64,000 nucleotides of DNA from Dulcicalothrix desertica PCC 7102 (GTDB lineage: Bacteria > Cyanobacteriota > Cyanobacteriia > Cyanobacteriales > Nostocaceae), in NCBI RefSeq assembly GCF_003991905.1, contig NZ_RSCL01000015.1:1-64000 (forward strand), written 5' to 3'. The position numbers were made by a program, and so were the translations under genes. The notes under the pieces are model-generated. The model saw nothing but the letters and a program-made list of their open reading frames with translations. It ran no database searches and was not told where the DNA came from. This document shows positions 39,899 through 50,100 of this stretch, one piece after another; positions within the stretch are counted from its first letter, which is position 1, and each line of letters begins with the position of its first letter.

Positions 39899-41191
39899 TT
39901 AGACTCTTTTGTAGAAAACATATTTACTAGACCAGACTGCAAATCCTGACATAAAAACTATATGAGTTACTAAGACAGATACAGCGACCCAAAAAATTCC
40001 CCAGTTGACAGCAATTAGTAATCCAAGAACAAAAACAACAGTAAACAAAAGATTAAAATATAAATCAACCCTAGGTTTGCCAATTGCTTTAAGCAAATGA
40101 CCAGCAGCTTCTCCAAAAGGTCTTGGAATAGCAGAAAGACAAACAACTACCAAAATTGGTATTGCATTTAGCCATTTTTGACCAAAAATAATTGGGACAT
40201 AAAAAGGAGCTAAAAACGATTGCAATAGAACCAAAGGAATAATTATGTAAGCCATTGTTTTGAGACTATTGAAATATCGTTTCCGTAGCTCTAATATATT
40301 TGCTCTTACTTCACAAAGATGAGGATATAATGACCATACTAGCGAGTTAATTACATTTAAACTAATTCCAATTCCAGCATTGAAAGCAAAATAATACATA
40401 CCTAAAATATCTATTCCTAAAAAACGTCCAATTATTAAATAATCTAAATTAGCTCGAAGTTTAGTCAATACTTCAACACCTAACACATTAAAAGAGAAAC
40501 TTGCGATTTCTTTCCAACGATATAACGTAAAAGACTTTTGTGGTCTCCATTTATGATTTTTTAAAGTAACAATAGCCCAAATAGGACTAGTTAAAATAAT
40601 TGGTATAATTATAGCCCACATTCCAAATCCGAGGAAAGCAAACACTATAGTTAAAAAATTTCCAAAGAACGATTGTAAAAGGTTACATAATGCGGAAACA
40701 GAAAATCTATTATCGCGTAGTATTAATGCTCCTTGAATTGAATAAATTGGTAGTATTAAATAACTTATAGAAATAACGCAAATTGGTAATATAACTCGAT
40801 TATCTCCATAAAACCAAGCTATAGGGAAAGCTACACAGCACTGAATAATCATCAATGCAATAGATAAAATCCAATTCATCCAGTAAGATGTGTCACATAA
40901 TATATCTAGTTCTTCATCAGTAGCTTGAATTAACTTGGAACCTATTCCTGCTCTTAAGGTAAAAACATTAGCAATTTCGTTAGTAGTTAAAACTACCGCA
41001 ACTAATCCATAGTCGTATGAATTAAAAATACGTGCGAGAACAACGGTTGTTCCTAAACGAAATATTCTATTTGCTAATTCTGTTCCTCCCATCCAGCCAA
41101 TATTCCGTATATATTGACCGGATAACTTGTGCTTGAATTTACTAAGTAACATAAAAAAAATAAATGTAATTGCTAAAGACTTTGTGAACAA
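39899..41191 (-). CDS. Polysaccharide flippase (Wzx-like, MOP superfamily)
   Basis: 430 aa, about 12 TM helices, typical oligosaccharide flippase topology and position in the cluster. Confidence 0.6.
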   Translation of the reverse strand: MFTKSLAITFIFFMLLSKFKHKLSGQYIRNIGWMGGTELANRIFRLGTTVVLARIFNSYDYGLVAVVLTTNEIANVFTLRAGIGSKLIQATDEELDILCDTSYWMNWILSIALMIIQCCVAFPIAWFYGDNRVILPICVISISYLILPIYSIQGALILRDNRFSVSALCNLLQSFFGNFLTIVFAFLGFGMWAIIIPIILTSPIWAIVTLKNHKWRPQKSFTLYRWKEIASFSFNVLGVEVLTKLRANLDYLIIGRFLGIDILGMYYFAFNAGIGISLNVINSLVWSLYPHLCEVRANILELRKRYFNSLKTMAYIIIPLVLLQSFLAPFYVPIIFGQKWLNAIPILVVVCLSAIPRPFGEAAGHLLKAIGKPRVDLYFNLLFTVVFVLGLLIAVNWGIFWVAVSVLVTHIVFMSGFAVWSSKYVFYKRV

Positions 41192-41199
41192 TACTTTTG

Positions 41200-42501
41200 T
41201 TAATTCATATAGACGCTTTGAAAACTTTCAGATTTAAATGTCAGGTGTTTTGGTTGACTTTGAAATGCAATTCCCATAAGAATTAATCCAGGGTAATATA
41301 AATAAGCTAATAAATCTAAGTTTTCAGCGAAGGAAAATACCATTAATATTAGTATAAAACTTAATGCCGCTCTAGCAATTTCACTTTTTTGGGCTATAAC
41401 TAATAGATATAAAAAAGTGCTAGTTATTGGTATTAAAAAAGCGAAAAAACCTACTAATCCTTTTATAAATAGTAAACCAACCCAGTTATGGTGTGAACCT
41501 ATTGGCATATTTGCTGTTCCAACAAAACCTTTTTCTGGCTGACTATGACCCCATATAGGAGCATCTTTAAAACGCTCAAGTGCCATTCTCGTTAAAACTG
41601 ATCTTACCCGTGAAGAACCTTGTCTAGAACTTACAAATTTATCTTCAAAGTCTCTATATAATCCAATAATAAAGCTCGAAGATATTCCTGATATAAAGCA
41701 GGTAGCACTACAGAGAATTTGTGTGTATGGACGATAAAAGTTAGTAAATAACCACATCAAGATTGCTACAGTTGGAAAACAAACAATAGATGTTCTAGCT
41801 GCTGTTAAATAACTTATAATAAGGCTTGCGATTATACCTATCCATCGCCATTTTTGAGTTTTTTCTTGAAGTGCAAAGAAAAAATACATTACAGCTAGTA
41901 AAGCTAATGCAGGAGACCAAGGTGCAAATAAAGTCAGACGAAAACCTTCTCCAAAATCAGCTTCTTTAAAATAAAGTACTACATCAAAATACATTTGACC
42001 ATTTTGAGTTATTCTTTCCAACGGTGAAGAGTAGATTAAGTTAGGAATTTTTAATAAGTAAGCTCCAACACTAATTGGTATAACAAATAGACTTTGTAAG
42101 CAGAGTATACAAACTGCTCGGTAAATTAATTGTGGACGAATTTTGAGACAGCAACCAGCTAACGGGAATAATGCAAATAATGCCCATTCTCTAGTCCAGT
42201 TTAGTACTCCTCGAATAATTGATCTAATGTCCTGACCAGAATTAATAGAACCTATATACCCACCAACTACCATTACAAGCATACAGATAATCCAAAGCCA
42301 TATAATCCAGGGTATTTTTATTTTTTCTTCCGCAGGAGTATCTGGTTTTTGATACCAAAGTTTTACACATAAGTAAAAAAGTAGTATCCAAGCAATTGTT
42401 GAGTTAACAATGTACAGCAAACCAGAAACATATAGAACATAAGTACCGACCATTGGATACCATATTAATCGTTCTTCAAAGTTCTGGGGTTTCATAACCA
42501 A
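41200..42501 (-). CDS. O-antigen ligase/polymerase family membrane protein (Wzy-like)
   Basis: 433 aa polytopic; periplasmic loop with HNWVGLLFIKG-type motif. Confidence 0.5.
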   Translation of the reverse strand: MVMKPQNFEERLIWYPMVGTYVLYVSGLLYIVNSTIAWILLFYLCVKLWYQKPDTPAEEKIKIPWIIWLWIICMLVMVVGGYIGSINSGQDIRSIIRGVLNWTREWALFALFPLAGCCLKIRPQLIYRAVCILCLQSLFVIPISVGAYLLKIPNLIYSSPLERITQNGQMYFDVVLYFKEADFGEGFRLTLFAPWSPALALLAVMYFFFALQEKTQKWRWIGIIASLIISYLTAARTSIVCFPTVAILMWLFTNFYRPYTQILCSATCFISGISSSFIIGLYRDFEDKFVSSRQGSSRVRSVLTRMALERFKDAPIWGHSQPEKGFVGTANMPIGSHHNWVGLLFIKGLVGFFAFLIPITSTFLYLLVIAQKSEIARAALSFILILMVFSFAENLDLLAYLYYPGLILMGIAFQSQPKHLTFKSESFQSVYMN

Positions 42502-42530
42502 TTTATTACCTCTTTATTAGTAGTTAATAT

Positions 42531-43931
42531 TTACTGCTCTTTTGCTGAAATTGTTGCCGGCACCAATTTCAACTTGCTTGACCGTGAATACATTGTTAAT
42601 ATTGCCGTCATCGATAAGATTGAAGCTAATCCTGTGCCCAGTAAAACAAGATTTTTTTGTGGTGAATTAGGTTCATCTGGCAAGCTTGGGTCTGTTAAAA
42701 GTTGAACTTCTGGATAAGAACCGTAAAAATTAGATTTATTTACATCCAAACTTGCAAGGCTTGATGAATAAACAGCTTCAGCTATTTGCATTTCTCTTTT
42801 TAGAGCTTCTAACGTGGATTTATGCTTTGCTAAAGTTTCTACTCTTGTTTGTAGTTGAGCAATTTGACCATCTAACTCCTGAATGGTCGCTTTAGATTCT
42901 TGTTGGTCTACACCAGCTGTTACTATTCCTTCCACAAAAGTTTGCTGGGCGCCATCACCACTAAGTTTATTTAGCAACTGCTGGCCAATAGGATAGCCTA
43001 AAAGAGATTGGCTACGGCTTAATAAAGCAGATTTTGCTAAGTCTTGTTTGCCTTGTGCGTCAATAATAAGAGGATGCCTAGTAAGAAATTTAGATTGTAG
43101 AAGTACTAAATTTGATGTTGCTTCACTATAGTCTTTAAGATGCTGTCTGAATACTTGGTCTGATTGTAAAATAAAAGATTGAGTAGCTTCTGGAGTTGAT
43201 ATTTTAAAATTGCTCGATAATTCGCGTAAACGGGCGCCACTTTGTTGTTGTTTAACCGCAGCTCCATCCCTTTCTTTACGTAATATTTCTAAATTAGTCG
43301 CTAAATCTTCAAGCTGTTTATCGGTTACCAACCCAGACTTATTTCTATAATCAAAAAATCTTTTTTGAGCTACTTCTAATTTGCGCTGAGAATCTCTAAG
43401 AGAAGTTTGTATTTTACCTTCTTTCTGCGCTGATTCTTTACGTCTAAGCAAAGTAAGCCTTTCTTGGAAAGCCTGATAAAATGCCCATGACTTCGCTTGT
43501 GCTTGCTGTGGTTCATCTCCTTTGAACTCCAAGTTCATGACTGTTGTTTTGTCTATTATTTTGAATCTTGGCTTGCCAAATTTTTCTAAAGTCATATTGA
43601 CTTTAGCCGCTGCCGCTTTGTGAACTACAGGACTTTCTATAATTATTTTGTAATTCTCTCTTGGATCTTGAATAGTATTTTCGTAAGGAGATACAGCTTG
43701 AGAAGATGCGGTTCCACGTTCAGGAAGATTGATGTTTGTATATGAAATAGTTCCAGGAAGAGAAAGGGATAACTTACTTGTATAACTAGGCTTGGCATTA
43801 TTTAAATAAAATAAAGCTGCACCCCACATTGCACAGTTGGTAATAATTATTAGCAACAAGTAATTTACCCAACGCTTTGGAGCTTTTGGCAATTCTAGAG
43901 AACTTGCATTTTTAGAAATTAGCTGTGTCAT
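42531..43931 (-). CDS. Polysaccharide chain-length determinant (Wzz/GumC family, no kinase domain)
   Basis: 466 aa; TM1 near the N-terminus, long coiled-coil periplasmic region, C-terminal TM (GLASILSMTAILTMY). Confidence 0.55.
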   Translation of the reverse strand: MTQLISKNASSLELPKAPKRWVNYLLLIIITNCAMWGAALFYLNNAKPSYTSKLSLSLPGTISYTNINLPERGTASSQAVSPYENTIQDPRENYKIIIESPVVHKAAAAKVNMTLEKFGKPRFKIIDKTTVMNLEFKGDEPQQAQAKSWAFYQAFQERLTLLRRKESAQKEGKIQTSLRDSQRKLEVAQKRFFDYRNKSGLVTDKQLEDLATNLEILRKERDGAAVKQQQSGARLRELSSNFKISTPEATQSFILQSDQVFRQHLKDYSEATSNLVLLQSKFLTRHPLIIDAQGKQDLAKSALLSRSQSLLGYPIGQQLLNKLSGDGAQQTFVEGIVTAGVDQQESKATIQELDGQIAQLQTRVETLAKHKSTLEALKREMQIAEAVYSSSLASLDVNKSNFYGSYPEVQLLTDPSLPDEPNSPQKNLVLLGTGLASILSMTAILTMYSRSSKLKLVPATISAKEQ

Positions 43932-44790
43932 ACGGCATTAATGAAGAATATATTATTTTCGAGTCAAAATATTGGTGATGCTGTTATCAAAAAACTTAAA
44001 AATTATCTTAATTCTAATAGAAACCCTCATTACTTGCTCTCTTCGTATTGTTTTGATATTTTAAATTTATGACAGTATCTGCCAATGATTTACTAAAGTT
44101 TCAATCAATAAGCGCTTTAAACTTTTAAATAATACTCAGAAGATATCCATGCCAACGCGGTTTTTGGAACAACTGTGCAGTTATCCAAGAATGCTATTTC
44201 TGTCACTTCTTTGCGCGTATATATTGATTAAGTTTATTGCCTTTTTTGAGCAACTCAAATTAGATCAAAATTATTACTATGCTGGGTCAAACTACAAAAC
44301 TTTAATCAGTCTTGTTCATTTTTTTAAACACGATTCGATGCACTTAAGCGTTGTGTAAACTCTAACTAATGACTAACAGTATGCTTTCAGCTACATAAGC
44401 CTTCGGTAAATACACTTCTTAGTTGCTAGCAGCTGACAAAAACTGACATACCTGCTCTTCCTGATGTATAAAACATGATTTAACTTTGTCTAACTTTAAT
44501 TAGTGTATAACTTATTCACCGTAAGTCAACTGTGTGTAACATTTTGACGGTAAAAACTTTATACTCTTTACATTTGATTTGTAAATTCTTTACAATTCTG
44601 TCTCCGTCTTACAGAAACTACGAAAAGCTAACACGAAAATTTTAGTGTTATGTATATGAATAGACATTTTTCCTAAAATTTCTGCTTAAAACATTAGTTA
44701 TAGTTTATACTTTCTTTCTACGTAGTATTTAGGTTAAAGCAAGGATAAACTTTAATATTAATTAGTTTTATAAACAGTTCAGTATTAATT

Positions 44791-45375
44791 ATGCCTGATA
44801 AAGTACAACTACGCTCTTCTCTACTTCAAGCACGTACGGCACTACCAGTAATTGAATGGCGCCAGAAAAGCGATGATATTTGTAGTCACCTCACTAATTC
44901 GCAATTACTAACGAACGCCAAAACCATTCTTGCGTATTTTAGCTTTCGTACTGAACCTGATTTAAGTTCTTTATTTTATGACTCTAACTACCGTTGGGGA
45001 TTTCCGAGCTGTGTTGGTAAAACTATGTCTTGGCATGTTTGGAAACCTGGAGATTCTACGAACACAGGCGCCTATGGTATTACCGAACCAAACAGCGATG
45101 CCCCTATAATTGAACCAAACGAAGTTGACTTGATTTTAGTACCCTGTGTTGCTTGCGACCAATTAGGATACCGTTTAGGCTACGGTGGCGGCTATTATGA
45201 CCGAATGCTAAGTCAACCTAAGTGGCAATCTATACCAACTATTGGAATAGTGTTTGAATTTGCTTACTTGCCACAATTGCCTATTGAAACTTGGGATAAA
45301 CCATTACAAAATATCTGTACAGAAAACAAGTGTAGAGACGCGATTAATCGCGTCTCTACATTAAATTACGTCTAA
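44791..45375 (+). CDS. 5-formyltetrahydrofolate cyclo-ligase
   Basis: 194 aa; GYGGGYYDR motif and LRSSLLQAR N-terminus typical of MTHFS. Confidence 0.8.
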   Translation: MPDKVQLRSSLLQARTALPVIEWRQKSDDICSHLTNSQLLTNAKTILAYFSFRTEPDLSSLFYDSNYRWGFPSCVGKTMSWHVWKPGDSTNTGAYGITEPNSDAPIIEPNEVDLILVPCVACDQLGYRLGYGGGYYDRMLSQPKWQSIPTIGIVFEFAYLPQLPIETWDKPLQNICTENKCRDAINRVSTLNYV

Positions 45376-45383
45376 AATCTAAA

Positions 45384-46217
45384 ATGCTACTAAAAAACCC
45401 TACAATAAAAACTTTATTGATGTATGGAGTGCTGACTTCCACTGCACTCGTAACACTCTTTCCATTACTATGGCTGGTTGGTACCGCTTTTAAATCGCAA
45501 ACAGAGAATATATTTCAATCTCCACCACAATTATTGCCTGCCCAACCTACTTTTGATAACTTTGTCACTGTTTGGCAAACTAACCCTTTTGGGCAATACC
45601 TGTTCAATAGTACTATCGTGGCGGTCTTGACTGTTTGCTTGAATTTAATATTTTGTGCTTTAGCTGCTTACCCATTAGCCAGATTATCTTTTCCAGGACG
45701 TGACTGGATATTTACTGCCATAGTCACGACAATCATGATTCCTTTTCAAATTGTCATGATTCCACTATATATATTGACGGTGCAAATTGGGCTGCGGAAT
45801 ACCTACTTGGGAATGATTTTCCCAAGTTTGGCTTCCGCATTTGGTATATTTCTGTTGAGACAAGCTTTTTTGGGTGTTCCTAAAGAACTTGAAGAAGCAG
45901 CGCGGATGGACGGATGTTCAGAATTGGGACTGTGGTGGAATATTATGTTGCCAGCAATCCGTCCGGCACTTGTTACCCTGGCTATTTTTGTATTTATTGG
46001 AGCTTGGAGTGATTTTCTATGGCCCCTCATCGTTATTCAAGATGAGAGTTTATATACATTGCCGCTTGGAGTGGCAAAATTAGCGGGAACGTTCTCACTC
46101 GACTGGCGTTTGGTAGCTGCGGGTTCTGTAATTTCGATTGCCCCTGTGATGATATTATTTTTATTTCTACAACGATATATTGTACCCACTGATGCTGGCA
46201 GCGGAGTCAAAGGGTAA
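45384..46217 (+). CDS. Carbohydrate ABC transporter permease (MalG-like), orphan
   Basis: EAA loop EAARMDGCSELGLWWNIMLPAIRPAL; no cognate ATPase or binding protein adjacent. Confidence 0.8.
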   Translation: MLLKNPTIKTLLMYGVLTSTALVTLFPLLWLVGTAFKSQTENIFQSPPQLLPAQPTFDNFVTVWQTNPFGQYLFNSTIVAVLTVCLNLIFCALAAYPLARLSFPGRDWIFTAIVTTIMIPFQIVMIPLYILTVQIGLRNTYLGMIFPSLASAFGIFLLRQAFLGVPKELEEAARMDGCSELGLWWNIMLPAIRPALVTLAIFVFIGAWSDFLWPLIVIQDESLYTLPLGVAKLAGTFSLDWRLVAAGSVISIAPVMILFLFLQRYIVPTDAGSGVKG

Positions 46218-46218
46218 G

Positions 46219-46968
46219 TTAATATGCCCCTGAAGCTTTTATCACAACCCAAATGGTTTTGATAATTAACTTCAAATCGTACATTGCTGTCCATTTCTGT
46301 TGATAGTCAATGTCCATTTGAACGATTTGCTCAAAATCTTTAATGCTAGAACGTCCGTTTGCTTGCCACTCTCCGGTCATTCCGGGTTTGACTTGCAAGC
46401 GTACATAATGATGACCTTGGTAATTTTTTACTTCATCAACTGTAGGTGGACGGGTACCAACTAAACTCATTTCTCCTTTTAAAACATTCCAAAATTGTGG
46501 AAGTTCATCTAAACTCGAACGTCTTAGTAACCGACCAATGGGAGTAATACGAGGGTCATTGGCACACTTAAATATGTGCCCCTGAGCCTCATTTTTAACT
46601 AAATGCTTGAGTTTGTCGGCATTTACGACCATCGAACGAAACTTCCATATTTGAAAAGTTTGCCCATGTAGACCACAACGAGTTTGCTTGTAAAATACTG
46701 GCCCTCGGTCGTAGGAAAAGTTTGCTATTGCAATGGGTATTGCTAAGAAAGCTGTTATTATCAGCCCAACGATGGCGCCGATAATATCAACTAGCCTTTT
46801 TGTTCTACTTTGTACAGAAGGGTGTATTGGCTGTTGTAAATACTGACTCAAGTACTGATTATTCAGTACTGACTCGCGAGTATAGGGACTCGTATCGGGA
46901 ATATATGCAGACACAGTTTTCAATTCGGTTCTTACGTAGGTTTTGTCGTACTTCACCATCATAGTCAA
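46219..46968 (-). CDS. Polyprenyl-phosphate sugar phosphotransferase (bacterial sugar transferase family, short type)
   Basis: PVFYKQTRCG...FWKFRSM...DELPQFWNVLKGEMSLVGTRP signature of PF02397. Confidence 0.85.
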   Translation of the reverse strand: MTMMVKYDKTYVRTELKTVSAYIPDTSPYTRESVLNNQYLSQYLQQPIHPSVQSRTKRLVDIIGAIVGLIITAFLAIPIAIANFSYDRGPVFYKQTRCGLHGQTFQIWKFRSMVVNADKLKHLVKNEAQGHIFKCANDPRITPIGRLLRRSSLDELPQFWNVLKGEMSLVGTRPPTVDEVKNYQGHHYVRLQVKPGMTGEWQANGRSSIKDFEQIVQMDIDYQQKWTAMYDLKLIIKTIWVVIKASGAY

Positions 46969-47157
46969 GTGAATTTACTACTCAACACCTAAAATCCAAA
47001 ATTTTATCTAATCTTTGGATAAAGCAACAGAAAAGTAAACTTTCAGTATTTCTATTTGTAAAGCTTGTATGAAGAAAGATAACGATATATGTAAATTACA
47101 TAGAAAGAAAATAGGGAAAGGGAAAGATTAAATTAACATTCCTTTCCCCTTTCTGCT

Positions 47158-50100
47158 TTACAAAGGTACACCAACCGCAAAGTTAACGGTGTAAGGTTCT
47201 TCTAGTGATTGTTGAGTACTAGCTTTTACTGCATCAAGTAAACGACGCAAGGTGTTTATTTGCTGAATATTGGGACGATATGTAAGACTACCTTGTTTTT
47301 CAAATAACTCGGCTTCTTTTGCTGCTTTGTAATCAAAATTTTCTAACGAAGCTTGAGTTAACCACATTGACTCGGTGTTGCCAGGTACCAAACCTGCGGG
47401 TAGTTCACCTTCTAAAAATGCCAGTAGTCTTTGTTGGCAGTTACGGGTGTTAATACCGCGTTCCTCAAACAGTGCAATGACTTCGCCAAATGTTAAAGCA
47501 TGTTCTGGTAATACGCGCAATAATTCTGTAAACAAGAAATAATCTGTATATTGCTGTCTTGACACTTCTAAAACTTGGGGATGAAGTGGTAGTAAGCTTA
47601 ACCCATAAGCTACACGACTACATGTAGGGGCACCATTTTCGCCAAGATACAAATCTTGAATTATTCTGGCATTTGGAAGTTTTTGGCGTAACCACCTACT
47701 AACGGCGCCAAGTGTTGCAACTCCACCTGTTAAAATCGCTTGGTTAATAGCTTCGGTAGGAATACCACGTGCTACCAATAAACGATTTAGTTCACGGTTG
47801 AGACGACGGACAAACGGCACAAACACTTGTCCCTCTAAATCGCGCCGTTGCAAAACCCAGCGTTGGTCAGCTAATTCAAATGAGAATGATTCTTGATGCT
47901 GCAAAATTAGTTTCATCGCAGTTGCCGCATCTAACAGTGCGTGTCCTAAACGTGAACTTTCAAGTCGCTGTAACAAGCGAATGCGCTCCATAATATCTGG
48001 TTCACCTGGTCGCGGTAAGGTTAACTCTTCCCATTTCAAACTAGATAGTCGTGTTGCTTCTAATCCTTGTATGTTTGGTTGCCAGTGTAAAGCATTACTT
48101 GCTATTGGCTCAGAAGAAGGCTTTTCGGATAAAGGTTGACGCCATTTTGGTGGTAGTAATAACTGACATAAAATGTCTATTTCGATACCTTTACCACCGT
48201 ATGCAAAACTATGAAGCATGAAGTCATTGTGAGACAACTCCAATAAGTTTTCGGGCAACTCAACCAGTCCCATTTCCGTAGCACTGGCGCCGATATTCAT
48301 GATTAAGGTGTTACCTTGTAGTGATTGTTCACTACTTTTGGCACTGCGAAAACCATTTCGAGTATTTAGTTTAACTTCCTCACTGTTGGCGCCGTCAAGT
48401 TCGCTAAGTAAACTAGCAACTGCTTCTTCAACAAAAAATACTTGCTGAGGATGAACAATTAATTTTGAAAGCAGCAAAGCTTCACGAATATTAAAGCGAT
48501 ATTGCTCTGACCAGTTCGACGGACACGAGCAAACAACACCAGATATATTATCGACAATACGACGGAAGCTTTCTTGGTTAATACCCATAGCAGTTGCCGT
48601 TAACCCCAAAGTCGTGCTATTACGGTCAGATTTGAGAGTTAACAGTAACTTTGAAAGTGAGCGTACCATCCATACTAAAGGTACCGTCGCAACTTCATTT
48701 AATTGCAGTACAGGTTCCCATTTATGTGAAGTTTTTGCTACCGACTGATCTAAAGGCAAATCTTGGTCTTCATTTGATTGAATTTGCTTTTCGCTTCTAT
48801 AAGGTAAAGCTATTTGTAAATAAGGCTTGAGTTCGGCAGAAAACAGATTTTGCGTGCTTTGTGTGCTATCTTGGCTACCAATTGGTAAACCAGCACTTGC
48901 AGGTAAGTAAACTTCTGCGGGTAATCGAAACGAACGTTTGGCGCCGTTTGTATTAATATCATCTGTTGACCAGTAAAGGGGATAGACTTCTGCTGTTAAA
49001 CGATTTAATAAAGCAGCAGAAATTCCAGTTGTTCCTAAATCTATGCCCAAATACCACGCTGAGTCTACTGTATCAGGTATGTCTTCATAGTTATCAATAG
49101 ATGGAGTTGCAAGTTTTTCTTCGGGTTTTTCTTCGGGTTTTTCTTCGGGTTTTTCTTCGTTTTGTTGAGGAGAAGGATTTATATATTGCTCACCATCAAA
49201 CTGTCTTAAATCTTGGTCTAATCGCTGTATCTGCTCTTCATCAAGCGAAATATTGGGCATTGCCGCATCAACTTGAGCTGATGCTTCAGAAAGCAATGCT
49301 TCTTTTGGCAAAGTTGTAATAAGGTTATTTGTTTGATTTATGTGATTTTCGGGTATCTCAATACCAATTAAAGCAGATGCATCTTCAAAAACTAAATCTG
49401 TTAATGAGGTAATTGTATCAGCAGCAGTTAGTTCATAATGTGTCGAATCTTGGTCAATGCGAACAAATGTTTCCCATGCATTTGATGTTTGCCCTGCAAT
49501 GCTTGTTTCTTGTGGAGCTTGAAAGTCTTGTAAATCTAGTAGTCCCGCATCTGCGCTATCGAGCCAAGGGTCTGGTACAAATGTTGTTTCTGTCTCTGGC
49601 GCCGAGGATGTTTCTACTATTTCTTCTGTTTCTTGTAACTCAGCGGCTGCTGATGGTGTAATAAATGTAGTAGATGTAATATAGATGGTTTCTTCAGAAG
49701 TTGGTGATTGTAAGGCACTTTCTATAGAAATGCTAGAAATAATTTTTTCGTCTTGGCTTGGAGAAGAAGTTAGAGAATCTAAATTAGCAGCAACATCAAC
49801 TGTATCAAATATATCAACTGTATCTGGAGTGACTTCTGGCTCAGTTGGAGTTAAAGGCGCCTCTAAATTTACTGGCGATGGGATAACACTGATGGGGTTT
49901 GAAAGAGGTAAGCTAACTTGCTGATAGGATGTTGGTGTATCTGAGGCGCCGAATAAGCTCGCATAAAGTAAGTCAACTTCATCAACAGTAGATTGAGTAT
50001 TGATTTTAGTTGTTTGTAATGATTGAATGTTTGAGTTTGTACTAAAACTATTTACATTCGGATTTAATTCCAAAAGTAAAGCATCTAAATCGGGAGTAAC

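Noticed and set aside
49101-49924. Plus-strand ORFs of 72-82 aa inside the 1296-aa gene
   Set aside because: Antisense to the low-complexity repeat region of the large CDS
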